Of a DNA stretch of 64,000 nucleotides, positions 12,656 through 25,600 are shown in pieces. The notes below the pieces were generated by a model. The model saw only the letters and a program-made list of their open reading frames with translations, made no database searches and was not told the origin of the DNA. A program made the position numbers and the translations under genes. Location of the stretch: the NCBI GenBank assembly GCA_028534125.1, contig CM052817.1:48052001-48116000 (forward strand), written 5' to 3'. This DNA comes from Lama glama. Taxonomy: Eukaryota. How positions within the stretch are numbered: the first letter of the stretch is position 1; every line of letters starts with the position of its first letter.

Positions 12656-14299
12656 ACGTCTGCCTTAGACCCGTGAAATAACCTGGGCCTTCGTACCAAA
12701 ACCACAAAATACTCTGCTTTCCTGATGCCAAATCAAGAAGACATCTACTGCCAGAACATCAAAACCCCTGAACGTCAAAGTGCATACCCTTTCAGTCATG
12801 AGACGCCCTGCAACATATTAAATCACCTTACTCCCTGGTCTTCAAAATAGATATACCAACCTAAGTCACCTACCATCGCAAGAAAACCTAACACGATGAC
12901 TACAGGTAAAATATTTCCATATTTAAGTACTAGAATATGTAAAATTATTGTGTACCTATCGAGCTGGGCATGCATGTGCATGCACTAGTCAATTTGTATT
13001 TCTACAAATTATTTTACATCCACAAATCCAGTGCTCAGATATAACCCTTATGCTGATATTATCCCACCCAAAAGAAATTTATAAGACTGTTCAGTTCAAC
13101 AAGTATCTGTGAACAATCACTAATTTTTTATCCTTGTTTTTTCAGTGTTTCTGCCACCCACTGGAAGTACCCACATTGCAGTATTTCACCAATACATTTC
13201 TTGAAAAAGTCTTCAGAAATGAGAGGAAAATATGTCCATCAATATTTTTATTCAGAGAAATTTTTAAAATAACGAATTCACAGTTTCAGTGAAAACTACC
13301 AATGGAGGTTACAAAATCTATTAATAAAATGATCAAACGATGGCTGGCAAATTATCCTGATAGTTTTGAATTAGATACTTTGAATTCAGTCGACTTCCAG
13401 GAGTAACACCCAATAAATGGTCATTTTAATGGACATCCTGATGCAATGAAAGCATGTCTATTTCTCCTAAAATCTTCAGAATTCAGGAAACAGGTCGCTC
13501 CACCAGCAGGGCCTTTCTCATGACACTGATAATGGAGGAAACACTATGGTAACTACATTTGTCACACAACACAGCCCTTTACTATACAGGACTCGCTTGT
13601 AGGGAAATTATCTCACCTAGGAGGGAGCAACAACAGACTTGGACAGACTTCTTCCTCGTCTCAGATGAAGTGATTTACCGCTAAGTCTTATGAATTTGAA
13701 AAGGAGTTGGATTCAGTTTTAAAATAAACGAACACATAAGGAGAGGCATAATGTCTCTACCTCAATGAGAAGAACATCTTTGGAAAAAAAAGTGTTGAAA
13801 AATTATCTTCACAAGTAAGTCGCTATATATTCTGAAAGACAGAAGGAAGCTGTGTTCTTGTCACCCTCTCACAATCCAGCTTTCTTTGATTTTCTTAACA
13901 CGTGGCGGCAGGTATTACCTTCCTTGCGCTGGCCTCAGGGAGCCTCCCTAGTGCTTTCTTTCTCACTTGTTCTCTCGCATCATGTGCTTTAGTTATCATT
14001 ACACTCTCATTTAGACGTAGAATAGCTGCCCAATTTGGATGTGGATCAGATTCTATAAGAATACCATGATTGACATCACTGTTATCATTTAATTTATTCA
14101 CTCCTGTCTTATGAATGAGGGAAAAACGTGACACACCCTCTTCGCATACTTCATCTCAGTCCTGCTGTGCTTGGTGTCTATTCCCCAGGCCTGAGAACAC
14201 ACAGAGATGTGCTTTCTGGCCAGTACAATGTAATTTTTTAAATGCTCTTCAGTTGCCAATATTTAAAAATCACCAGAACTTCATGGAAGAATCAGAAAA

Positions 14300-14688
14300 T
14301 GCAGTAATGCCAAGTGCATCTTCACATGGGAAAAAAAGCAAAGCCGAGTGGCGACTCTCCCCCCTACAATGGTGCAGGAGCACTTCAGAGTCATCACCGT
14401 CCTCAGCTGAGACAAAGCCCAAGCCAGCCCCGTGGAAAAGTCACGTGGGGAGTCCTCGGTCCCCAGCTGTTCCAGACATCCCAGCCTAGGCACCAGACAT
14501 GTGAGCGTAGACCCCTTCAGGCAACTCCAACCCCAGCTGCCATCTCACTACAAGTCTGAGCGAACCAAAGAAAACCACCCGGCTGAGTCCATCAACCACC
14601 AAAACCAGGAGAGAGAATAATACAAATGGTTGTTTGGAGCCTCTGGTTTTGGGGTAACATGCTACACAGCCAGAGATAGAGGCTGAAA
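14300..14688 (+). mobile_element. ERVL-MaLR solo LTR (MLT1 family)
   Basis: cagacatgtgag...ccccagctgccatct...cacccggctgagtcc...aaatggttgtttggagcctctggttttggggtaacatgctacacagc is the MLT1 3' pattern. Confidence 0.7.
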
Positions 14689-15080
14689 GAGAAAAGTGCT
14701 CTTAACAAACGAAATGCAATTGTTTAAAGTGATTTCTCCCTTTTTGCTTGGATCAACCTAGATGTCACAGAGTGTCTCCATCTTATTTTTGTGTTTAAGC
14801 AGAAACCTAAAACATGAATGTGCCCAGGGGAGAAAACAGAAGTAGAGAAAAGGAATCTTTCGGAATCAGCTGTATTTTTTTTTAAATAAGCTGGTTGGCA
14901 GCACTTATGAATGTCACGTAGGTTAAACAGTATAAGTAGTAACAGAGGGACAGAGTTTGAAAAGGGCTTGAATCCGCTTCTTTTCGTTAAGATCAGACTC
15001 ATTCACTACTGTATACTCAGAACCTAGCACAATGCCTACTTTCCCTTAATGACTGGATCAACTGAGGGAATTTAAAATAT

Positions 15081-15182
15081 CTTTCTTTTTTCTTTTTTAA
15101 TGGAGGTGCCAGGGATTGAACCCAGGAACTCCCGCACACCAAGCCTGTCTGTGCTCTACCACTGAGCTATACCCACCCTCCC
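15081..15182 (-). mobile_element. tRNA-Ala-derived SINE (vic-1-like, short-tail form)
   Basis: Reverse complement gggagggtgggtatagctcagtggtagagc...ctgggttcaatccctggcacctccattaaaaaagaaaaaagaaag. Flanked by aaaata on both sides. Confidence 0.85.
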
Positions 15183-15823
15183 AAAATAGCTGAAGTTTCA
15201 GTGATAGAAAAGATTGTTATTGATACAAAATGAGGGTGAATACTACCTGCGAAGTAACCCACAAATATAGGCTGGTACAAAATAAGTCAAGCCAGAGTCT
15301 TCACAGACTGATGAGAGGCAGATTCAGGTACATCGAAAACGACTCTTCCCTTTTATTCCTCAAAGCTGAGTTCTACCAACAGACACGTAAAAGCAACCAG
15401 GAGCAAATCACTCGGGTCGTTTGCTCACCTGTGCAATGAAGCTCACCAGGCATTCCTGGAAGTGTGTGGTCAAGTTTAACAGTATACGGTCCGTACTTTC
15501 AAGGTAACAGAAGACTTAAACCTTGCACCCGGCACAACATTAAAGCAGCTGACGTGCTTTTGCCCAAATAGAATTGTATATCCTCATTTCCTTCCCTTCT
15601 TTTCCCCACTTGTGACTCAAGCCAGATTTCATCGAGCTATTTTTGTAGTTACTGAAATGCTGGAAATACAGCAGCAGGCCAGAAGCAAAGTAAAATGCAG
15701 AATCCAGCAAAAGAAAGAAAATCACGCTGAGTAACCGAAAGGCCATCTGCTGCTCGCGGAGCTGCAGGGCTGAGGACGGCGGTCTGGGCTGCACTATCTG
15801 TGTCTTCCCCAAACCGAACCCAC

Positions 15824-15998
15824 CTGCATGTTGTCGGTGGCATCCCCAAGCAGTCCTCCAAAAGTGATGGCGTTGGTTACAGTTGCCAGATAAATGAAGA
15901 GAATTGCTGAAAGAGCCTGAATATTTAAAGCATCATAAAAATCACTGGCAAAAAATGGTGCTTTCCTCTTAATGTCCTTAATTAGTCCACCGCAGAAC
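15824..15998 (-). CDS. SLC4A4: SLC4A4 coding exon (~exon 12, 175 nt): (R)[58 protein letters not shown], includes TM1
   Basis: Within ORF 15794..16021(-). Acceptor ...ctccctgcccag|GTTCTGC, donor ATGCAG|gtgggt. SLC4 signature FxGLxxDIKRK...AITFGGLL. Confidence 0.98.
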
Positions 15999-16344
15999 CT
16001 GGGCAGGGAGAAAGCAAACACGTGACAACGCGAACTAAGTGACCGTTACATTAACCAGCAGATCATTTAATAAACCACGAAGAATCTGTATTTAAAGCAT
16101 TTGAAGCAACAAGATACTATTTAACCACTTAAGATGAAAACCAGAAAATTATAGAAGGAATAAATCTGTCTCTTTGTCAGTCAGTCACCAACCTGGGTGT
16201 CACATTCCCTAGAAACTAGACAGTTGGTCTTTAGGTGAGAGTGAATTGTGTAGATGAATTAAATTTCTTCTCTGAAGAAAACCATCCCAACATGTGAGGC
16301 CACACGAGGCCCTTTATAATCTTGCCATAGGGTCCCTTCCAGCC

Positions 16345-16560
16345 TCATTCATCATTCACTCGTTCACTTCATGCACATTTGCTGGGCACCTGTGATACGC
16401 CCAGCCCTGTGCTGGGTGCTGGAAAGACAGCAGTGAACAACACGGGGGGAAAAATCCCACCCTCATGGAGGTACTTTCTGTGTGGGGGAGACAAAGTAAG
16501 TAAAATGCATGGTGCTAAAAATCAAAGAAAAAACTAAGTGGGGAGGTGGGTTTTGAACTG
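16345..16560 (-). mobile_element. L2 3' fragment
   Basis: cattcatcattcactc...atttgctgggcacct...cagccctgtgctgggtgctggaaagacagcagtgaacaa. Confidence 0.7.
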
Positions 16561-17609
16561 CTAGTGTTGCTGTGGTTGAAACATGAGAGTGGCCAGAACA
16601 GGCCTCCCAAGCAGGCGACTTTGAGGGGAGGACTGGCAGGAACTGAGGGCGCCACACAGGTGTGTGGGGCGGGGGCAGGGCGGTGGGAAGCACTGCAAGC
16701 TGAGCCCCATCACAGTCGTTAGCAGGTCAGCCGACTTGTGCATCTGTCAGTTCACCCTCCCAACCAAACCTCCCATCTCAGCCTGCTCCCTGCGGTGCGT
16801 TCTGCTATGATGCCCTTCCTCAGAGCTCAACGTCCCTGAAGTTCTGACCCTCCACTAGTAGGTTACTTGCACTAGGGGCTACCACACTTTCTCAGGATTG
16901 TCTGTCTGTCTGTCTTAGCTGTGCTCAGTGCCCTGCTTCAGTCTTCCTGGTCCGCACAGGGCCCTGCATGGTACCGGGCATACCGCAGACACACAGTGCA
17001 TTTAGGAAAGGTGCAAAAGCAAGAATAAAATTACAGTCTGGTTAAAGAAAAAAGTTAAATCCTAGAAATTTTATCTACAGAAAAGGAAAAGGATATCCCT
17101 AATGGAAATAGTTTGTAAAGACCTATTCAGGAAAAAAAAATGGGGGAGAGAGATGGTTCTATGTTCTTTAGTCTTTAAGAAGGAAGAAGAGAGAAATAAC
17201 ATCCTCTTAATTTGGGAGCGAAACCCAGGTGGGTCATCAGGTTAGGAAAATTTCATTCAGATTCAACTGCATATTAAAATGACATACTTCTGTGTTTTCA
17301 AAAAACCCTGCAGTGTTTTTAAAAAGTCGTATCTTCACAAAATGAATACCCTACTTAAATTTTTAGTTAGCCCAAGATGAAATGGGGAACCCAGCAGTGG
17401 AGAAGGAATCATTCTAACGAAAAGAAATTTAGCCAAAATGATCTGAGGAACCTAAATTCCCAACTGCAGGACCAGGAGACAGTGGCCTGGGAGTTGCTTG
17501 TTTCTGCACTGTTACCCACTTGAGTAAATGGACCAGGAAGAGATGGAATCATGAAAGCCAAGCGGGGAAGACTGGTACAGTACTCAGGCTTCCCATCACA
17601 CACACCGTC

Positions 17610-18030
17610 TCTCTTTCTAATACCCCTCACTCACACCAGTGCAGTCACACTGGCCTCAGTGCCGACCCAGCACACATCAAGCACTCTGCTGGTCCCCCTC
17701 CCTCCCCACATCTACAGGGTCTGTCTCCAGTCTTCTTCAACACTTTCCTCCAATGCTGCAGTCCTCTTTAAGACTTTCTCTGACCCTGCTATGTAAAATG
17801 GTAATCCCTTTCTTCCATGGCAAAACTTCCTACTTCTGCTTTATTTTGCTCCATAAAACCAGAACCACATTTCATTATTTGCTTATTGTTTGTTTCCCAC
17901 CACAACAAACTAAAACCCAAACGAACAGGGATTTTTTTTCTTTCAATTCACTGCTGCCTCCCAAGGGCCTGTGATTAATCCGGTACACCATAAATATCTT
18001 TTGGCTGACCAAATATCCAAACTGGTGAAT
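17610..18030 (+). mobile_element. L2 3' fragment
   Basis: cagtcacactggcctc...cacatcaagcactct...tctgaccctgctatgtaaaat...ttcactgctgcctcccaagggcct...ataaatatcttttgg. Confidence 0.6.
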
Positions 18031-18103
18031 AAAATGCTTCTACAAAGATGAAGGGAAATTCAGATGGGAACAGAACCTCTTCATGGAAGGCTCCATCAGT
18101 TAC

Positions 18104-18217
18104 CTTCCGGTTCGCTGCAATTCCTCACAATCCGCGTGTCCTCCTCCTCCGTGGCCGCCATCATGGGGCGTGTCCCCGTTCATCTGAACATTCTCTCCAC
18201 CTGAGTACAGATTCTTT
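18104..18217 (-). CDS. SLC4A4: SLC4A4 coding exon (~exon 11, 114 nt): (R)[37 protein letters not shown](R)
   Basis: Acceptor ...gtcttgctcag|AAAGAAT, donor GGAAG|gtaact. Gly/His-rich linker typical of NBCe1. Not in the ORF track. Confidence 0.96.
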
Positions 18218-18847
18218 CTGAGCAAGACAACAGAGCCCAAGCGAATATTAGTGGATTTCATTCACCTGCTGCTTGGCTGTGTCGTGCACTAACTAATAAA
18301 GAGAAGGATTGAAAACCCTTTGGATAAAGATGACTATTTCCTTCTGCCATCCTAAAAGATGGCTTTTAAAGTATTCTATTTATAGTGAAGACAAATGACC
18401 GGATGAATAGAAAAGCTGAATTGTATGTGGTATAGAAGGGAAACTGTTCCACCTGGGAAATCACAGATTCCCAGAAAATGGCTTCTCCTCAATGATCTCA
18501 CCCAATTGCTTGACCTCTTAAATCTACAGACTCATCTTGAGTAAACTGATGCTTCCACAGGTGCCAGGAGTCCCCAGAACATCCCGAAAGAATCTCTGTG
18601 ATGTCCTGCAATATCGTCATCTGAGCTTTCTAATTTGTAATCACTGAGGAACATCACAACATGTAACATTCATTTCACGGTGTCCACAGAATGTCAGACC
18701 AAGGCACATGTGTGATTCCCTGGGGATAATACACCTTAAGTTAAACGGAAACCTGAAATTATTAGGGCAGCAGCCTGAACCTCTTTCCTTTTCCAAACAC
18801 AATCTCCTTCTTAAGGATGAAACCTCCCGACAGCCTGATAATTTTAC

Positions 18848-19002
18848 CTTTTGTCAGACGATGGAAGGCTCTTCGGAGGCTCTATCCTGATCGCTGGATC
18901 CCATTCCCCAGGCGGAAGGACAATGACTTCATCTAGGAACTCGTCAATGCCAGCGATCAGGTCCTGCCTGTCTTTTGCTTTATAAGCAATGTCATGGAAC
19001 AC
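18848..19002 (-). CDS. SLC4A4: SLC4A4 coding exon (~exon 10, 155 nt): [51 protein letters not shown](R)
   Basis: Within ORF 18844..19047(-). Acceptor ...gtttttcag|GTGTTC, donor AAAAG|gtaaaa. Conserved VLPPGEWDP motif. Confidence 0.98.
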
Positions 19003-20009
19003 CTGAAAAACAATGAGAGAGGCGCTGATCCCACAAGGGAACACCACACATGCCTCACATCATGCTGAGCCTGAAGAATGCAACCCATAATCCACTGTAG
19101 TATGACTATAACCATAGTCTCACATTTCCTATTGCTCAGCTTGTTCCCAAATATTTCAGTATTCAGATTATGAACCCGAAGAATATAGGTAGAGGCATGA
19201 GAAAACAGCTGTGTTTCTTTTTCTTTTCTACAATTTTTTTCTATCAATGACCGTAAAACAACATTGCCTTTCATCTCCCACTGGTATGCTATAGTTGCTA
19301 TGGAAGCCAGATGAAAATGTTTTAGAGAAATATATACTGAAGATCATTCCCTGAAATAAAAACTACTGCGACAAACTACTGCTTATAATTCAAGAAGGAA
19401 AAGTTCAAGCTGAGTGTTAAGACTAGGGTAAGACTCAAGCACTGTAGCTCTCAAACACACAAATAATGTTAGCTATTAAAAAAAAAAAAGAAAAATCTGA
19501 GTTCTGAGTTATAGTGGCAACACATAAAGCAAAGGGCTTGAAGCAGGTGATCATCTGTCTATCTTTAGGCAAGACAATAGCTAAGCCATTTTTAACAAGG
19601 CAATACTCAAACCAGAACTAAAGTATCCAGCAAATGCTCCATGTCTTTTATGCAAAAACTCAAAGAAGGGGCTTCCAGAGGTACATAATCCTCTTTGTCA
19701 ATCGTTCCATTCTTCTAACCTTGCTGATGATCTGAAAGTCCTTTACACACAGCGTGAGCTTCTCATACCTCGTAACTCAAATTCTTTTGTCTCCAGGAGA
19801 GAAGATGGCCCCTGTTCAATATCCTTGCCTGTTCTTAAAGATTGCTACTAAATCTCTTCTCGAAAGGAATTTTTAAAAGCGATTCAACAAACAACATGTA
19901 AAGGTCTGGGGGTTGTGGGGTTGAGGGGAGGGCAATACAAAGTGCCGGCATATCACCTGTAGTGGGCGTGACCGGCCGCAGCCTCATTTTTTCTTGGACC
20001 TCCCACTAT

Positions 20010-20376
20010 AGAGGCTGTAAAGTCAAAGTCACTTTCCCAACCTCCCCCACAAATACGGATGGACAGTTCTGACCCATAAGATAAAAGGAAAAGGGAAAGC
20101 TTTCGAACACCTTTTAAAAGAGGCAGACATAGCTAACATTACCTGCCTCCTTCCTGGCTTGAGTATGATGAGAGCACTGCAGGTGACAGCAGCAACCATC
20201 TCAAGACCGCAAAGCAAGAGCCTTGGTACTTGATTTATCATTATGCAGTTAAGTTAAACCAACTCCAGCAACTACCTACCTCCAAATTTCCTAATATGTG
20301 AACAAAATAAACCCTAAATTGTTTAAGCCATTGTAAATCGGATTTTCTGCAGCCTAAAGAATTTCTAACTGATACA
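20010..20376 (+). mobile_element. MLT1-family LTR
   Basis: gcagcaaccatct...aataaaccctaaattgtttaagccattg...gcagcctaaagaatttctaactgataca is a MaLR LTR terminus. The 5' boundary is uncertain. Confidence 0.7.
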
Positions 20377-21289
20377 TCTTAGGAGGAAGAATTTTTTTAA
20401 GAAAATATAAACATACAAAAAAATAAATAAAAGAACCCACTGAGATGCTCAGTTGCTGCAAGGGGGGAAAAACATCACAGCTATTTGCCAGTGCTCCCAG
20501 ATTAAGTAACCATCTGAGTAATCATCAAACAGAACTTCCATAACTCATGTGCTGTTCTGCATTTAACACATGGAGAAGCTAACAAATCGAGTAATGAAGC
20601 AAAAACAAAACATGTGGGAAAACAGTAAGCTAGAAAGACACAAAAGCAGAAATCATTGATCCTACATTCTAATAGTATTTCTCCTACTATGAGACTAGTT
20701 TGGAGTTTTGTCAGGTCTAAAATGTGTGTAATGACATTAAAGTTGTAATGAGAGTACAGTCATAATTCCAAAGTCCTAGATACTCTGCAGTAACAGTTGC
20801 TAATGCATTTTAGTATGTGTGTCATTCCTTCCCACAAGATAAGAAAACCATTAAAACAGGTATTTTCTGATACCCGGGGGGGAAAATGCATTATCCATTT
20901 ATTATACATTAGTTTATAGAACTCATTATTTCTGAAACAATTTAGTATATGGACATTTAGAATTTCCAGAATGAATATATTAAACATTCTAAGAGATAAA
21001 GTTTAAGTTAATACAGTGAACTGAACATGTTAAAGAATATTTAACATGTATCACTTTTAAGAACTGAAAATGTTTAGGAAAAAAGGAAAATATGTCTTAT
21101 TCTAACATAAAATTAACTTTATGAAAATCTCAAATGTAGATGTCAGCTCATTTGCATGGATGACTGTACCTCATGTTTTAAAGAAGGTTGGTAGCTATGT
21201 AATTCTAATTGAATAAATTGTGACAGCCAACTCACAGCATGAAAACACAAGTAGGACATTCACAGACCACCATACTGCCGATTCCCTAC

Positions 21290-21377
21290 CTCGTCAGACA
21301 TCAAGGTGGCAATGGCTCTGCCAATCTCATGGTAGGACTTGGCTTTCCCCTTAGGACCTAAGAGAATGAACAAGAAC
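21290..21377 (-). CDS. SLC4A4: SLC4A4 coding exon (~exon 9, 88 nt): (R)[29 protein letters not shown]
   Basis: Acceptor ...ctctcccattag|GTTCTTG, donor GACGAG|gtaggg. SLC4 signature RFLFILLGP...[12 protein letters not shown]. Not in the ORF track. Confidence 0.97.
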
Positions 21378-21507
21378 CTAATGGGAGAGGAAAGAAGCAA
21401 AGGCTATAACATACATTTCATCAGACTCAATATACACACAACTTAGATATGTTTATCATAATTCATAAAAAGGTCAGGTCTAGAATTAATCTTTAAAACA
21501 GAGGTAA

Positions 21508-21611
21508 GGGAGGGGAGGGTACAGCTCAGTGGTAGAGTGAGGGCTTAGCATGTACAAGGTCCACGGTTCAATCCCCAGTACCTCCATCAAAAAAAAAATA
21601 AACACAAAAAC
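21508..21611 (+). mobile_element. tRNA-Ala-derived SINE (vic-1-like, short-tail form)
   Basis: gggaggggagggtacagctcagtggtagag...ggttcaatccccagtacctcca plus A-rich tail. Degenerate TSD aaaacagaggtaa/aaaacaaagtaa. Confidence 0.88.
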
Positions 21612-22312
21612 AAAACAAAGTAATATTCTTGGTAATATGAAAGACACCCTTTCACACTATTGTGAAACACAAATTGTTGTCCAGTTCATTTGGAGGCAAG
21701 GGAGAATTTAGCACAGAAACCTGAGAAGCTTCTTCACTGAGAAGGAAAGGGTCACTTTATGAATCATTCAATCTTTCTTTTCTAAACTTTCTTCTGTCTC
21801 CCTCTCTACTGACTTTCAGAATCTTTGGAGAAAACCCATTAAGTGCAGTAACTAGAAAGACTCAGTACATCTTCCGATTTCTCTGACTCTTCTTTACTCA
21901 GTATGGGTGGTGACAAATGATCCTCTCCATACTTTTCAGAAATATTTCTACTCAGAAGTGGCTGGGAGTCAGCAAAAACCAAGCCCTCTACAAGTAAGCC
22001 ACATGCTGACAGCCAAAGTAAAGAAAGAAAAACATGAGAGAAATTCAAAATAAAGCCTCATTCACAGTTAAACTTCTTTTGCGGGTGTCCTCCTTTTCTT
22101 TTCCAGATTTGTTTTCTTGATGATCCACAAAGCACTGCTTCATGGTAAGTAGGTCCTGAAACTTGCAATAATGAGCTTATTTCCATTTAAGTGCACCTCT
22201 TATTGTGTTGGAAAGAATCCTTCACTGAGCACAAGGGCAAAGATGCTTGTCTCAACTAGGGAGAAGGAAACCCAATAAATAAATGAATTAAATAAGTATC
22301 TTTATATATTAA

Positions 22313-22341
22313 ATATATATATATATATACACACACACACA
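22313..22341. repeat. Compound (TA)n(CA)n microsatellite
   Basis: Read directly. Confidence 0.9.
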
Positions 22342-22399
22342 AAAGACAACACTGGATTAATCCCTGCCTTGATTATTTATGATCATGTCTTATCTAACA

Positions 22400-22640
22400 G
22401 GGAGATAATGAGGACAATAAAAATGCTCACATCGTACATTTGCATGGCTTCTTAAAGCCTGCAAACAAAGCATTTCACATTCACACATCATTTAAACTCC
22501 TACTACTCTTGGCAATAAGGACAGGAATCTTATACCCATTTAATAGTGAAGAAACCTAGGGTGAAGGAAGTTAGTGGATGAGCCCAAAGACTGCCCCTAG
22601 TAAATGACAGAGTAGATAGCCTCCTATCTCTTGTTCTTTT
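22400..22640 (-). mobile_element. MIR fragment
   Basis: tttcacattcacacatcatttaaactcctac...atacccatttaatagtgaagaaacctagg...agtaaatgacagag. Confidence 0.65.
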
Positions 22641-25600
22641 CAGTACACAATTCTGCCTAATAATACCTGCCCAACCCATATCCCAGGGTTGTGATTCCAC
22701 AGAGAAAAGCTATCCAACTATGACTTCCATAGGTCACTCTAGGGAAAGATATTGTGGATACTTAGCTGGTGATAAGAAATCTTAGGTAAGGTTTTATGGG
22801 ACCAGGAATGGCTTAGGGCTTTGCTTAGTAAAATTTTATTTTTTACTTATTTATTCATATACCTCACTTCAAATAAGAAAGAATGGATAGTGAGTACTCC
22901 TCAAAGTATTAAGGGTCTGTTCCAAAATACCCTTGAATGGATAATTCCTTTTTCTCATCAAAAAATTCAATCCAAAGGGTGAAGAAAGAAACAGAAATTA
23001 AGAATGTAAGAAGTTAATCTGAAAGTTTGAATACTCAGGTTTTATACTAGAATAAGCATAAAGCCATTCAGGGTTATTTGCGTAGAAACCAGTTGTGGAG
23101 CGCAGTGGCACGTTCACTTTCAAGTGTTAGCGCAGCAGATGAAACAGCAAAAGCAATCAGCAGGCACGAGAATCTGCTCAAGTGTGAAGGCAGTCATTAT
23201 TAGAACTGGATTGTAGTTCTTCTAACTAGAACTTCTTTTCCTTTGAATCTGGACCTAAATTATATACCAGCAATACAACACTATAAAGTGCTTCTTTATG
23301 ACAGTACAATGCATTTTTCTAAAGGGACAGATCACTGACTTGAGTCCAACACATGCAAAAAATATTTAACCCTAAAATAAACTACACATCTCATTAGGAA
23401 ACACCTGCAGTGCTGGTCGCCTTTCCCCATCCTATTTACCTGCCTCCCAAGAGCTGATCATCAGACAGCACACCAGGGACACAGTTTTAGGAAAAGAGAG
23501 CAGATGCGGAACAGCAAGAGAAAACACACAACCCTTGGATGCTTTACTTAACACATTTTTAAATAATGGATTTCCTTTGCCTGCCATTTTTAATTATGTC
23601 AGTGTATCTAAATATTAGTTTCTCAGTAAAGCATAATATCTAAAACCTTCCCAGAACCACTCTTTCCCTCTTTCTACCTCTCCCCAGTATCTCCATCATG
23701 ATGGTTTACACGTGATGAAAATGCACATTTATCAACCGACACGTGAGTGAATGATCAGAATGGCAACAAAGCCAAAATAGTGTCTTGTTAGAAAGCGAGG
23801 AAAATACTCTCGTCCTTAATAGTCCTCAAAGATAAACTTAGACAGATGATGGGTAGCTAGTCCAAGAGCTGACAGAGTAATGGATCGTATAACCTAAATC
23901 CTATGAGATGAGGGCATACATTTCCTACAAATATTTACTCTAGTCTTTATGAAACAGTACCAAAGCATGAATGGAAGTAACAGACCAGTGGTGACCACAG
24001 TATTTATCATAGCAACAACCCAGTACATGAGAGCTATAGTGTTTCACTAACCTAGATATAAAGGTGCAATTCCTCTTCCCCTGGGTAATGTGATTTTTAT
24101 TTTAAACATATACATATAGATATATTTTCTTTAATGGAAAATCATTGAATGCCAAAGAGAAATAAAACGTTACATATCAGTTAAAATTTTCACATTACTC
24201 CATTCAGGAACCATTCAGTAAATCCATCTCCTTTAAGTGATACAGAGGGGAAATCTTGCCATGTCCAAGTAGCAGGAAACATCACCTCAGGTCAAGAATT
24301 GCATCTGCAGGAAAGCAGATCCTTAAGAAGCCTCTAATTTGAACTGCATTGTTGAAACTGGGATGAGAGGTCTGGGAAAACTAGCAACACAGAACAACTC
24401 ATCAGGTTGACGTTCCCTCTGCCTGAAACATGTTCTCTCCTCTTTAACCCTCAAAGAAGCAAAAGTTGTTATAGCTTTTATGACAGAAGTACATCTTGCC
24501 AAACTCGGCTTTTGTAATGTACTGAAAACTTTCATGACTTAAGCTGGTTTTTGTCAATGGACAGATGTTATTTTTAACCAGAAGCTTTTTTCCCTTATTA
24601 ACAAATTAGAGTAAGCATCACGTTTGTGTGTCTGGAGGGGCACAACCCATGTTGCCGGCTCAGGGGAAATAATTAATTTACATTGCTGAGTTGTTTTTAT
24701 TCACTCATATCTAGAACAAGCCATAGTTGGAATTTTTAATAGTGCCTGGTTGTCTCAAGAATCTTCATGAGGCCCTTCTCATCTTATGCACTTTTCCATA
24801 CAATTAATTATTCCTGGGGAGGTTGCCCCTGGCACTCTCCACAACAAAAACAAGTACCAGACAATCTGTGTCCGGAACCAACGGACTATATTTACATTCA
24901 CAAAATAATTATAGGCAGAAACAGAGCATGATATCAGAAAAAGAGCCAGCCTTCCTAAACCACTCAATCTTTTCAGAAAGGATGTGCCCCCACCTTCCTG
25001 ATATATCACAGCTATTTCTAGAATAAACTCAGCATGTACCAATCCTTTACACCCTTCTTTCAAAACAACAGTGAATCAAATAACCCATTATTCATATTTA
25101 GTGGCTTTGGAAAATGTGGCTAAACTGTCACTGTCACAATAAATTCACGAGCACTACAAACCCACCATAACCGACCACTTTACATCAGGTAAATAGCAGC
25201 GAGCAACTGGAGGGTCATTACACAAGACAGAATTGAACTAGCAGGACCTCGATCCCAATTCCTCTGGTAGAATTTTTTATGGTTTTGACCATTAGGCATA
25301 AACAGCGACTTTTAGGCAAATCATTATTTATAAATATTAATATAAATATTAATTTACAGTGGTATAAAGGGGTAAACATTCTAATTTTTTAGAGGGCTAG
25401 AGCTCCCCGAATAACTATCTGCCTTACATGTGAACATCAAGATCAGAAAAGGACAAACTGGTCAGGGGTTTTTATTAGTCTTCACAGGAAAACCCTAAAG
25501 TATTTTACTCCAATTCATTCTGGATACTGCCTTAGATTTTCCCTGAAAGCCTGGCCTCAGAGTCAAAAATCTGCACTGATAGTGAATCTCCCCTGTGCCT

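Noticed and set aside
14115..14620. Cluster of plus-strand ORFs
   Set aside because: They overlap an MLT1 LTR and have low-information Ser/Pro-rich translations.
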